DNA from: Clostridia bacterium
GTDB taxonomy: Bacteria; Bacillota; Clostridia; CAKSNL01; HGM11501
NCBI GenBank assembly: GCA_045545475.1
Contig: JAZQAZ010000031.1
Span: 1-64,000 of the forward strand
DNA: 64,000 nucleotides
Direction of reading: 5' to 3'
Below are positions 1 to 8,777 of the stretch, in pieces. The notes under the pieces are model-generated. The model did not search any database. It had not been told where the DNA came from and worked only from the letters and a program-made list of their open reading frames with translations. The translations under genes were made by a program, and so were the position numbers. The stretch's first letter is position 1. Each line of letters starts with the position of its first letter.

Positions 1-1
1 A

Positions 2-41
2 GAAAAAGCGACAGTAATCGACAGATTTCTGTCGCTTTTTC
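2..41. terminator. Bidirectional intrinsic terminator-like hairpin
   Basis: GAAAAAGCGACAG(2-14)...CTGTCGCTTTTTC(29-41) inverted repeat with A/T tails; the upstream gene lies outside the window. Confidence 0.7.
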
Positions 42-43
42 AA

Positions 44-215
44 CGAAATAAATCCTTGCGGATTTGTGAAATGTGCTTCGCACGTGAAATACACCTTCGG
101 TGTATGAAATATTCGCTACGCGAATGTGGATTTATTTCATTTCACAGAAAACGAAGTTTTCTATTTCACAATTTACGAAGTAAATTATTTCACATCAACG
201 AAGTTGATATTTCAC
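44..215. repeat. Mirror-symmetric multi-hairpin repeat element (REP/MITE-like or structured ssDNA/ncRNA)
   Basis: Four (GT)GAAAT+hairpin units, then three ATTTCAC+hairpin units and a final ATTTCAC. Stems differ but pair perfectly; loops are TTC/TAC/TTGC on the left and GAA on the right. Confidence 0.85.
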
Positions 216-255
216 TAAAACCCCTTGCATCTATTTTGTAGCAGAAAGCCAAAGA

Positions 256-281
256 AAAAGCCACCTGCAAGGGTGGCTTTT
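256..281 (-). terminator. Intrinsic terminator downstream of CHAP gene
   Basis: AAAAGCCACC-TGCAAG-GGTGGCTTTT just past the stop at 286. Confidence 0.75.
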
Positions 282-285
282 GTTA

Positions 286-1593
286 TTATTCGTTTTTAAC
301 TGAAAAAAGATACCATGGACTCATTACACCGCTACCGGAATTGCTTACAGGAGTGATGGCGGCATAATATGTACCATCCGGGAGACTTAGCGTGTAATAT
401 GTCGACGATACAGCTAATGAATCAATTATCTTAGGATTTCCCTCAGTTGATTCCATAACGTCCAATAAATAGCTTTCGGTAAAAGGTGATGCTTCCCAGG
501 CAATGGTGGTTCCGGCATTTGTTGTTTCGATATTCCATATGCAAACACCTGATGTTGTTCCAAAAATAATAGGTTTTGAAAGTTCGCTGGATAAATCCGC
601 ATCTTCGGAGGTTATGTAAGCATAGTAAGTTTCACCTTCCGGAAGAAGAAAGGTTGCGGAAAGCGATTCCGTTCTTACCGGGGGTGCAGCGTCGTAAAAT
701 CCTTCTTTTGCATTTACTATGCGGCATACATAGCTTGTGGCACCTAAGGCTTTATTCCAGGAAACAGTAGTTTTTGTTCCGGAAGATTCGATTTTTACAT
801 CGGAAGGCGGTAATAATTCAGGCTCTCCGGCTATATATATGAACCCCAGGAAAGTATAGGCGGATGAAGCACTTAAATTAGGATCGCTTGCACTTCTTGT
901 TCTTGTTTTGAAATAAAAGGACTTCCAGCCGGATTCTGATGTTATTATGGTATCTCCGTCTACCGATTCAACAACAGCAACGTGACCGGCACCGCCTCTC
1001 TTGCTCCAAACGGCGATGGCTCCCGGAGCGGGAATGTCTCCGTACGGATAAAAACCGTTACGGCGATTGTAGTCATACCATTCTCCTGCATTACCCGAGG
1101 AGAGGTTTGGGGCTGTTCCCAGTATTTCATACGCTCTGCCGTAAGCGTAGCAAGTGCAGTTTCCGATGTTCTTTTCAGTCATACCGAAGCCGGAGTTATA
1201 AAATATATTCTTTGAAAAATAGTAGGGATTGTTTCTCTCTGGAGCAGATAATCTGGGAGTATAACTGCTTTCTTTATGCGATACATTAACGGGAGAAAAG
1301 CTCTCTTTTGTGTTATATAGAAAATAATCTTCACTGCCTGCTCTGTTTTTTACAAAGCATTTAAAGGTGTTTTCGTCGTGATATTCAAGACGTATGATAT
1401 CTCCTCGTTGCAAAATTATGGATGAGATTCTACTTTCAGTATCGTAATGATAAAGGTCTCCGTTTTCTGTATAATAAATATTATTTTCGTATATGATTTT
1501 ATAGTTATCTGTGTAAGCATCATGAGCGTATGATAAAACCAAAGATGCAATTAATGAAAAAATCAAAATTGCAGGCAATATTATCTTTTTCAT
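286..1593 (-). CDS. Secreted CHAP-domain peptidoglycan hydrolase with C-terminal fibronectin type III-like domains
   Basis: Signal peptide; GNCTCYAYGR (catalytic Cys), GNAGEW, GAIAVW..GHVAVVE (His), SESGW; two FN3-like segments (TVSWNKALGATSY; TIAWEASPFTESY). Confidence 0.85.
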   Translation of the reverse strand: MKKIILPAILIFSLIASLVLSYAHDAYTDNYKIIYENNIYYTENGDLYHYDTESRISSIILQRGDIIRLEYHDENTFKCFVKNRAGSEDYFLYNTKESFSPVNVSHKESSYTPRLSAPERNNPYYFSKNIFYNSGFGMTEKNIGNCTCYAYGRAYEILGTAPNLSSGNAGEWYDYNRRNGFYPYGDIPAPGAIAVWSKRGGAGHVAVVESVDGDTIITSESGWKSFYFKTRTRSASDPNLSASSAYTFLGFIYIAGEPELLPPSDVKIESSGTKTTVSWNKALGATSYVCRIVNAKEGFYDAAPPVRTESLSATFLLPEGETYYAYITSEDADLSSELSKPIIFGTTSGVCIWNIETTNAGTTIAWEASPFTESYLLDVMESTEGNPKIIDSLAVSSTYYTLSLPDGTYYAAITPVSNSGSGVMSPWYLFSVKNE

Positions 1594-1631
1594 TTCTCAT
1601 CACCTTTTCAAAATAATCAAAAAACAGAAAG

Positions 1632-1660
1632 ATTATATCATAGATTAAAATGAATTTCAA
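1632..1660 (-). promoter_or_regulatory. sigma-A promoter of CHAP gene
   Basis: Minus strand TTGAAA-N17-TATAAT with TG extended -10. Confidence 0.6.
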
Positions 1661-1709
1661 GGAAAAAAGTATTTTTTTGGAAAAAAGCTATATATTTTGC
1701 AATAGGGAA

Positions 1710-1738
1710 TTGAAAAAAACTTGGTTTAATGTTATAAT
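1710..1738 (+). promoter_or_regulatory. sigma-A promoter of HAD gene
   Basis: TTGAAA-N17-TATAAT with TG extended -10. Confidence 0.6.
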
Positions 1739-1771
1739 TAGAGCATATAACTTACTGAAAGGATGATTGAT

Positions 1772-2230
1772 GTGAAAGTTATATTTCTGGATATAGACGG
1801 AGTGTTGAATTCAGCCAGGTTTGACAGAGAAAAAGAAGATCCTGAGCAGAATATAGACGTATCACGCCTGGTATTTTTGAAAGAGCTTATTGATAAAACA
1901 GGAGCTTTGGTGGTTCTTTCAAGTACCTGGCGTAAAAACTGGGATAAAAAAGAGGGAGGAATCGGAGAAAAGGGAAAGAAAATGGTCGATACCTTCAAGA
2001 GCGAAGGAATAGAAATTTATGACAAAACCGGTTCGCTAAGTTACGTTGAGAGAAGCGAGGAAATTAAAATATGGCTATCCGAGCATCCGGATGTTGAAAA
2101 GTTTGTTATTTTCGATGATGAGTTTTTCCGCTGGGGAGATTTAAGTGATAATTTGGTTCATATAAAAAATGGCATCGGTAGAGGTCTTGACAGAGAGCAT
2201 ATTGAAAAGGCAATGGAGATTTTAAAATAA
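1772..2230 (+). CDS. HAD-superfamily protein, HAD_SAK_2 (Swiss-army-knife RNA-repair-like) type
   Basis: VIFLDIDGVLN, VVLSSTWR, R.EEI..WL, VIFDD, GL motifs; GTG start 1772 chosen from RBS GAAAGGA (track starts at 1763). Confidence 0.8.
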   Translation: MKVIFLDIDGVLNSARFDREKEDPEQNIDVSRLVFLKELIDKTGALVVLSSTWRKNWDKKEGGIGEKGKKMVDTFKSEGIEIYDKTGSLSYVERSEEIKIWLSEHPDVEKFVIFDDEFFRWGDLSDNLVHIKNGIGRGLDREHIEKAMEILK

Positions 2231-2264
2231 AAGAGCACCCTGATGAAAATCAGGGTGCTCTTTT
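2229..2264. terminator. Bidirectional terminator between convergent genes
   Basis: AAAAGAGCACCCTGAT-GAAA-ATCAGGGTGCTCTTTT perfect 16-bp stem. Confidence 0.85.
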
Positions 2265-2296
2265 CTCTATGAAGCTTGGTTTGCCAAGAAGAAAAT

Positions 2297-3589
2297 TTAT
2301 TTTTTGGAGCTCTGGTTAAGGGCTGCTTTAATGTAGCCTTCTTTTCTGGCACATTCGTCTGCCCACATATCTGCCATTTTTTCGTAAACGGATTTATCGA
2401 TTTCGGGAGTGCCCTTGGAGAAGGTGGGCAGAAGCATATCGCCTGCTGTCTTGGGATCGGTGCAGGCTGTGTCATTTCTCCACTTATCACGCTCGGATTT
2501 ATCCCTTAAATTGGGGATTTCCATGGGAATTCCTCCGTTTAATATTGAACGGTAAGCAAACATACCGGGAAGAAACATATCAAGTGCCTCGTATACATCA
2601 ATGATATCAGCCTTTTCATCTCCGAGAATTCTGTTTATAAAGTGGTACATGGAGTAAAAATCAGAGCCACCATGACCGAAGCCTGAAACATCGGCTTCTA
2701 TTTCATTTTTTGGTTCATAGGAGTCAAGCTTTGCAGTATGGTAGGCTCCTGATTCATCGTCTTTGTTTATATAGAGCTTATAGATGTGACCTGTTTCCGG
2801 TATTTCACGGCCGCATTCCATTCTGCCCTTCCCGCCATATACAGAATACCATATTGAATTTTTATAAAGACCGCCGTGAATACTTTTGACAAGTCCGCCG
2901 TTTTCCAAGGTTACCATTTCAATTCCGAACTGGCCTGCCTTGGAACCGCCTCTTAAATTACGTTCATTTTTTGTTCCTTCAAAGCCTGTTACTGAAACGG
3001 GGCGAAGTCCTGTCATATGGATGATTGGACCGAGAGAATGGGTGCAGTAGTAGGTTGAGTACATATTGTTTCTCCAGTGGTTCTCTTCACCGTATGTAAT
3101 ACTGTGCCATATGGGCTCGCAGTTATGTATATATTCACATTCGCCGTATTCAAATTCACCTATTTCGCCTTTTCTGTAAAGCTTTTTCATTTCGGTTGTG
3201 GCAGGCATATAGCAATAGTTTTCGCCGTAAGCATATACTACTTTGGTTTCTTCGCAAGTTTCAATGAGTTCAACGGCCTCTTTCATAGTCTGGCAGGGGA
3301 GCACCTCTGAAAAAACGTGAAGACCTTTTTTCATTGCTGTAATTGCAAAAGGAGCGTGCTCGTTTGCATAGTTTGCCAGTATAACGGCGTCCATATCATG
3401 ATTGATGAAATCTTCAAAACGCTCATAAAAGGTGATATTAAGTCCTTCCGCAGCACTTTTTTGTGCCTCCAGTATTTCTCTTGATTTATCGCAGATTGCA
3501 ACTACTTCTGCATGGTTCGAACGCTTGCAATAATTAATCATACTTGTTCCGCGGTATCCGCCGAGAACGCCAACTCTTACTTTTTTCAT
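2297..3589 (-). CDS. Gfo/Idh/MocA family oxidoreductase
   Basis: N-terminal Rossmann (VRVGVLGGYRG, VVAICD), HAPFAITAMKKGLHVFSEV, YAYGENY, GHGGSD. Confidence 0.85.
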   Translation of the reverse strand: MKKVRVGVLGGYRGTSMINYCKRSNHAEVVAICDKSREILEAQKSAAEGLNITFYERFEDFINHDMDAVILANYANEHAPFAITAMKKGLHVFSEVLPCQTMKEAVELIETCEETKVVYAYGENYCYMPATTEMKKLYRKGEIGEFEYGECEYIHNCEPIWHSITYGEENHWRNNMYSTYYCTHSLGPIIHMTGLRPVSVTGFEGTKNERNLRGGSKAGQFGIEMVTLENGGLVKSIHGGLYKNSIWYSVYGGKGRMECGREIPETGHIYKLYINKDDESGAYHTAKLDSYEPKNEIEADVSGFGHGGSDFYSMYHFINRILGDEKADIIDVYEALDMFLPGMFAYRSILNGGIPMEIPNLRDKSERDKWRNDTACTDPKTAGDMLLPTFSKGTPEIDKSVYEKMADMWADECARKEGYIKAALNQSSKK

Positions 3590-3629
3590 AATATCTCCTC
3601 CTTTTTTAATATTATATCATTTGTGAAAT

Positions 3630-3662
3630 AATAAAGCCATAGAATATATCTATGGCTTTATT
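3630..3662 (-). terminator. Intrinsic terminator after methyltransferase
   Basis: AATAAAGCCATAGA-ATATA-TCTATGGCTTTATT. Confidence 0.7.
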
Positions 3663-3695
3663 GAAAGTAGTTTGATTTGCCTGATGATTTACATT

Positions 3696-4844
3696 TTAAT
3701 CATTGCTGATTAAAAGCTTATAAAGTGTGGGGGAGAAGTTAAACTCCTTAATAAGGTTATTAACCTCTGAAAGCATCTTTTCCTTATGCTCTTTTGTGGT
3801 TGAACTTCGCTTTACAGCCCGGATAAGTATGTTTTTTGGAGTGTGTGAAAAGTCGGTAAATTCTAAAAGATTTGTTTTATAGCCCGAATATTCAAGTAAA
3901 TTTGCCCTTATGGCATCGGTCGCAAGGGCGGAAAAACGCTCCTTTATAATTCCGTAGCGGGTAAGGATGGGAAAATCATCCGTTTCAATCTGGGAATTAA
4001 GCTCGTGTTGACAACAGGGAACAGAGAAAATCATTTTAGCATTCCAGGAAATTGCATTGAAAAGTGCAAAGTCCGTCGCTGTGTCGCAGGCGTGGAGCGT
4101 CATTACGATATCCACGGAAAAGGGAGCTTTATAGCCGTTGATGTCACCAAGCTCAAAGCGGAGATTTTCATAGTTGTAACGCTTTGCCGCTTCGTTGCAT
4201 TTTTCTATGACATCCTTTTTAAGGTCGAGGCCGATGATATTTGCTTTTATTCCTTTTATGTAGGTAAGGTAGTAGTACACAATGAAGGTTAAATAGCTTT
4301 TTCCGCAACCGAAATCAATTATGTTGACGTTTTCGCTCTTTAAGTCCTTTATGGCATCATCAATTATTTCAAGATAGCGGTTAATCTGCTTGTACTTGTC
4401 GTACATTGAAGAAACCACTTTGCCTTCTTTTGTGAAAATGCCCATATCAACAAGGGGAAGAATGTCGGGCTTTGCCTCTAAGATATAGTTTTTACTGCGG
4501 TTATGGTTTTCGGAAACCGTGGGGGCTGCCTCGCTTAAAGCTTTTCTTTTGTAGGAAGCGTCGCCCTTTTTGGAAATCATAACCATATGCTCGAAATTTA
4601 AGTCCCAGGCATTTATCTGGCGGAAAGAGCAGTCGGTAAGGGCGAAAACCCTTTCAGCCAAAGCTTCCTTTTCTGCATTTTCGTGGAAAACCTGAGTTTT
4701 TGTGTATTTACTTATCTGATAGTTTTTGCTTTTTTTCTCTATGACAATTTTTATAAATTCGTTGCTTTTTGCCGAGGGCTTGCTTATTACAAGCTTTAAT
4801 ATGTCGCCTTCGGTAATTTTTATGATACAGTCTTTAAGTTCCAT
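3696..4844 (-). CDS. Class I SAM-dependent methyltransferase (Methyltransf_32-like)
   Basis: KYKQINRYLE, IIDFGCGKSYLTF, LHACDTATD, VPCCQHE, HTPKN. Confidence 0.85.
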   Translation of the reverse strand: MELKDCIIKITEGDILKLVISKPSAKSNEFIKIVIEKKSKNYQISKYTKTQVFHENAEKEALAERVFALTDCSFRQINAWDLNFEHMVMISKKGDASYKRKALSEAAPTVSENHNRSKNYILEAKPDILPLVDMGIFTKEGKVVSSMYDKYKQINRYLEIIDDAIKDLKSENVNIIDFGCGKSYLTFIVYYYLTYIKGIKANIIGLDLKKDVIEKCNEAAKRYNYENLRFELGDINGYKAPFSVDIVMTLHACDTATDFALFNAISWNAKMIFSVPCCQHELNSQIETDDFPILTRYGIIKERFSALATDAIRANLLEYSGYKTNLLEFTDFSHTPKNILIRAVKRSSTTKEHKEKMLSEVNNLIKEFNFSPTLYKLLISND

Positions 4845-4864
4845 TAAGACCTACACCGCTTTTC

Positions 4865-6118
4865 TTAAAATTCAATAATTCTCTTTTTGCCTTCTAAATA
4901 TGCCATCATATTAAGAGATAAGAAGTTCCAGTTCTGGAAGCCGGGGTTGTTTACACCTTCGCCTGTTTCAGGGTGATAGTATTCGTGAAGCTCTCCGCAT
5001 TTTTCAATGTCTTCGCCAAAGAGCATGATGGTCTTTTCCGCAAGAAGAGTTGCTTCTTTGTCAAAACCGTATTTTACAAGGCCTGAGAATACAAGGTAAT
5101 TTGAAATTCCCCAGATGGGTCCAAGCCAGCAGGAGGGGTTGCCTGATTTTACAATCTGATACATCTTTTCCTGCTTGCCGAGAGTTCTTACGCCGTAGGG
5201 GGCGTTGAAGGTTTTTTCGTTTGCAAAGTGGTTTTTAACCATTTCTTCTGCCTGTTCCTTTGTGGCAAGACCTGCCCAAAGGGGAAGGAAGTTTGACCAT
5301 ACGTCAATTCTCTGAATTAAGCAGGGCCAGTTTCTCGGTGCACCCTTATGTAAGCTTGATTCGGGGTTGACGGGAAGAAGGTTTAAGTCAACGCTGTAAA
5401 AGCTTCCGTCACGCTCATCCCAGGCGTATTCTTTAATTGCGGTGGCAAGCTTTTCAGCTTCGGTCTTATAAAAGTCTGCTCTGTCCATCTTGCCCATTTT
5501 TTCTGCAACATAGCTCATTGCAAGAAGCTCCTTATACATAAGGCAGTTAAAGTAAATGGAGCCGGAGCTCTTTTCGGGGCGGTAGAAGGTGGCAGGGTCG
5601 TTGTCAACGCCTATGGCAAGGTCGTCAAGCCAGAAGAAAAGGCCTGACTCTTCGTGATAGTAGTTTTTAAGAAATACTCCAATAAATTTTTCAAGCCTGT
5701 CATACTTGTCGGCAAACCAGCTTGTATCGTCATTGTTGCACTTCATTACGAATGCGAGATGCTGTAAGAGGCAGGGCTTATGCATATTGGTTTTGTAAAT
5801 ATTATCAATGGAAGGCATAGTACCCTTGGGAAGTACGACGATGGGGATTGCACCGTCCTTATCGGCGTGGTCTAAAAAGTTTAAAATACATCCTTTTTCG
5901 TATTCGAAAAATTCTTCGCCTTCGCCGGTGTCTTCAATAATCTGACGGATAGCGATATCAGTAAGCCAGCTGTCCCAGTCCCAGAGGCAGCTCTGATAGC
6001 TCTGACTTCCGGGAACAATGAATGGGTATTTTATGATTCCTGCGGGCTGGCGTGTCATATCCTTATAGTTTTTATAGCAATAGTCGCGGATTAATTTTTT
6101 AGCGGTTTCTAAATTCAT
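4865..6118 (-). CDS. (alpha/alpha)6-barrel glycoside hydrolase, trehalase/GH63 (MGH1)-like
   Basis: LWDWDSW, GVDNDP, WLGPIW, LHEYYHPETGEG, FQNWN motifs; no signal peptide. Confidence 0.8.
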   Translation of the reverse strand: MNLETAKKLIRDYCYKNYKDMTRQPAGIIKYPFIVPGSQSYQSCLWDWDSWLTDIAIRQIIEDTGEGEEFFEYEKGCILNFLDHADKDGAIPIVVLPKGTMPSIDNIYKTNMHKPCLLQHLAFVMKCNNDDTSWFADKYDRLEKFIGVFLKNYYHEESGLFFWLDDLAIGVDNDPATFYRPEKSSGSIYFNCLMYKELLAMSYVAEKMGKMDRADFYKTEAEKLATAIKEYAWDERDGSFYSVDLNLLPVNPESSLHKGAPRNWPCLIQRIDVWSNFLPLWAGLATKEQAEEMVKNHFANEKTFNAPYGVRTLGKQEKMYQIVKSGNPSCWLGPIWGISNYLVFSGLVKYGFDKEATLLAEKTIMLFGEDIEKCGELHEYYHPETGEGVNNPGFQNWNFLSLNMMAYLEGKKRIIEF

Positions 6119-6119
6119 T

Positions 6120-6974
6120 TTAATTCTCCTTCGTCATACAGTTTATTATATAGCCGGCGTTTAAGTAAAAGGCTTTTTCCGGCTGAATTTTCCTGGTTTC
6201 TTCTGTGTAGAAGTGTTCTTTTAAGATGGCGATAAGCTCGTCCTGAGTTTTACCGTCTGCCTTTGCTTTTTTTAGCATGGACTTGGTTTCTTCATGAGTT
6301 TTAAGGCTGTTTTCAAAAAATGCATCACATTCATTTTTGCCTTTAAGAAGCTCTCCATGAGAAAAAAGTATTGCCTCAGCACCGAGTGAAGCTGTCTTTT
6401 TTATGGATTCAATTGTGGCATCATAGCTTACAAGGCAGCAGGGAGTGATTATATCGCCCGCCAAAACGCCTATGGTTTCTGCGGCAATCAAAAGCTTTTC
6501 TTCCGGGGAATAATAGGAAAGGGAACATTTTGTGTGGCCGGGAGTTTCGACTGCACAAAGAGTAAAGTCGCCCATATCGATTGTATCGCCCTCTTTGACG
6601 GTTCTGTCTGCCCTTATTTCGCTCGTTAAATCCTCATATTCTGTAATATTGAATCTTTCGGCGGCGGAATCGCTCATTTCCTTTATGAGCTTAATTGCAC
6701 CGGGGCGGGTGAAAACGTATGCGGCATATTCTCCGGCAATAACTGAGCATTCAGGGAATGCACGCTTGAAATATGGGCTTCCTCCTGCATGGTCATAATG
6801 GGAATGGGTTAACAATATATAGTCGAGATTTCGGCCGTTAAGCTTGTCCTTTATATATTTTATAAAGCTTTCTGCACTGCAGGGAAAGCCTGAGTCAATC
6901 AATGCTGTATGGGTGGATGTGCTAAGAAGGAAAAATTCTCCTCCGCCCGAGCCTATTTTGTCAATTTTATACAT
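6120..6974 (-). CDS. MBL-fold metallo-hydrolase
   Basis: LIDSG, THSHYDHAGG, TPGHT; start moved to ATG 6974, adjacent to the upstream stop (track start 7100 overlaps the TPR gene). Confidence 0.85.
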   Translation of the reverse strand: MYKIDKIGSGGGEFFLLSTSTHTALIDSGFPCSAESFIKYIKDKLNGRNLDYILLTHSHYDHAGGSPYFKRAFPECSVIAGEYAAYVFTRPGAIKLIKEMSDSAAERFNITEYEDLTSEIRADRTVKEGDTIDMGDFTLCAVETPGHTKCSLSYYSPEEKLLIAAETIGVLAGDIITPCCLVSYDATIESIKKTASLGAEAILFSHGELLKGKNECDAFFENSLKTHEETKSMLKKAKADGKTQDELIAILKEHFYTEETRKIQPEKAFYLNAGYIINCMTKEN

Positions 6975-6975
6975 G

Positions 6976-7794
6976 TCATTCTCCCAATTCTTTAAGCTTT
7001 GCTTCAATCTCCTCTTTGGAAACTGCAGCAATGTGTGAAAATTTGTAAGTGAGTGCTTCTCTGAGCTGTTCCTTTGCCTTTTCTCTGTCACCTGAAGCAA
7101 TTAAAGTCAATGCGTGGTTATAATATACCACAGGGAAACGGGTTCCCTTTTCCATAATTTTATCGTACAAGGAAAGAGCCTCATCGGTTTCTCCCTTGTG
7201 ATAGTGGGAAAGAGCCATATTATCCATAATGGATATGTCGTCCTCGTTATATTCCATGGCCTCTTTGTTAAACTCATATGCTTCATCGTATTTCTTATTT
7301 TCCAGGAGTATAAAACCCACATGGCTGTAGGTTTGCGAATCTGCCCCGGAATTGTGAGCTTCCAAAAAGGCTTTTTCAGCTTCTTCGCCATTGCCTGTTT
7401 TCCACAGATAAAGCCCTTTGGTTGTGAGAAAATTTTTCTTCTGATAGGAGGTAAGGGCCTTTATTTCCCGGACTTTATTTAAGGCATTCAGACATTTTTC
7501 TTCATATCCGTAACGGAGAAAAACATAAGGTGCGTAAATTAAGTAGTCAATATTTAAGCCTTTTTTATTTATCGCCTTTTCGTAGAGGGTGATGCCTTCT
7601 TTAATATTTCCGTTTTTTATGGCCTTTGAACCTTTCATCATTAAAAGGTCCGCCCGCTTTATTACAGAAAGATAAATCAGGGCCAGGATAAGACCTAAAA
7701 TGCTCCCTAAAAGCTGCTGACCGTATTTACCTCCTGCGGTGCCACCTATCAAGACCAAAAGAATGGGAATGCCGAAATTTACAATAAGCTGCAT
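6976..7794 (-). CDS. Membrane-anchored tetratricopeptide-repeat protein
   Basis: Two N-terminal hydrophobic helices then multiple TPR-like motifs; ATG 7794 preceded by AAGGAGA. Confidence 0.8.
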   Translation of the reverse strand: MQLIVNFGIPILLVLIGGTAGGKYGQQLLGSILGLILALIYLSVIKRADLLMMKGSKAIKNGNIKEGITLYEKAINKKGLNIDYLIYAPYVFLRYGYEEKCLNALNKVREIKALTSYQKKNFLTTKGLYLWKTGNGEEAEKAFLEAHNSGADSQTYSHVGFILLENKKYDEAYEFNKEAMEYNEDDISIMDNMALSHYHKGETDEALSLYDKIMEKGTRFPVVYYNHALTLIASGDREKAKEQLREALTYKFSHIAAVSKEEIEAKLKELGE

Positions 7795-7922
7795 AATAGT
7801 TTTCTCCTTGAAAGTGTATTTTAATATCAGAGTATTAAAACTATTATACATTATTTTTTAAAAGATTACAATAGCATTTTGAGCCTTGCTATTGAAAAAA
7901 CAACCTTTTTATGGTAAAATGC

Positions 7923-8144
7923 TTATTGGATAAAAGTTTTTTCAAAAAAAGGCTTATCGGAAATAAAAAGGAACCCCAGCATGAGAAGGAGTTCTTTGTC
8001 CTCACAACCTTCACCGAGAAGAATCAAAACTATGCCGAGGATTATTAAATCGTCCTTTTTAAGGCCTGATAAAATATCGTTAAGATTCTTGCCAATGGAG
8101 GAAGCGGGCTGAGAAGTCCCCTCGCTGAAGTACCTTTTCGTCAA
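7923..8144 (-). CDS. Small hypothetical protein (clostridial, possibly sporulation)
   Basis: DDLIILGIVLILL..E..D.ELLLMLGFLF pattern; abuts upstream ORF. Confidence 0.65.
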   Translation of the reverse strand: MTKRYFSEGTSQPASSIGKNLNDILSGLKKDDLIILGIVLILLGEGCEDKELLLMLGFLFISDKPFFEKTFIQ

Positions 8145-8495
8145 TTAAAACAGCTCCTTTAATAAAGGCGTATCCTTTACCTTCAAAAATACCTTGTAGA
8201 TTTTAAGCATTTTCATCATGGAATCAAGGTTTTTATTTCTTGTTTCGGAAAGGTATGGCTTTAAGGATGAAAGAAGAACAATGTTGGGATCGTTTTCCTT
8301 CAAGGCGGAATCGTAAAGCTCTTTGATTTTTAAGATGCTGCCTATATCGGGAAATGCTTCTGTCTCACCTTCGGGTTTTACGTCTTCGCTTTTTCCGCCG
8401 GAAGAAAGAGACGCCATCAGTGAGCTTAGTTTATTCCCTGTTTCAGGGTCGCTGAGGAGGGAATTCAAGGCTTCATTTAAATCAAAGTCTGCCAA
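8145..8495 (-). CDS. Hypothetical protein (clostridial, possibly spore-associated)
   Basis: LNSLLSDPE...DPNIVLLSSLKPYLSETR pattern; TTG start directly after upstream TAA. Confidence 0.75.
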   Translation of the reverse strand: MADFDLNEALNSLLSDPETGNKLSSLMASLSSGGKSEDVKPEGETEAFPDIGSILKIKELYDSALKENDPNIVLLSSLKPYLSETRNKNLDSMMKMLKIYKVFLKVKDTPLLKELF

Positions 8496-8699
8496 TTAAA
8501 GCATCCCCTTGATTTTCGATAAAAGCGATGGATCCTTTAATGCCTTATCTATAACGGCACTTTTGTCGCTTTCACTCATTTCGCTTATTTTCTTTAAGAG
8601 CTTTGCACCTTCGTCGGTTTTGGTAAAGCTTTTTATCTTATTTAAAGCGGAGGAATCAAGGGATCCCAATAATTTTTCAAGCTCGGTCATAAAAGACAT
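8496..8699 (-). CDS. Small hypothetical protein
   Basis: First gene of a tightly abutting three-ORF unit; GAAAGGA RBS-like sequence near the start. Confidence 0.65.
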   Translation of the reverse strand: MSFMTELEKLLGSLDSSALNKIKSFTKTDEGAKLLKKISEMSESDKSAVIDKALKDPSLLSKIKGML

Positions 8700-8735
8700 C
8701 CTTTCTTGTTTTAATTTATGCAGATATCCCTTCTT

Positions 8736-8765
8736 ATATTATGCTTTTTATATAATTTTTGTTAC
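8736..8765 (-). promoter_or_regulatory. Putative sigma-K-type sporulation promoter
   Basis: Minus strand GTAAC-N17-CATAATAT; same layout as 38244-38273. Confidence 0.5.
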
Positions 8766-8777
8766 GGAGGTCTGGCG

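Noticed and set aside
44-215. Possible CRISPR array
   Set aside because: Repeats are only 7 nt, spacers are 11-17 nt and self-complementary, orientation flips midway, and there are no cas genes
56-241. 61-aa ORF on + in the ORF track
   Set aside because: Translation of the hairpin repeat element; TTG start with no RBS
6975-7100. N-terminal extension of the MBL hydrolase in the ORF track
   Set aside because: Overlaps the TPR gene out of frame; ATG 6974 next to the TPR stop is the more plausible start
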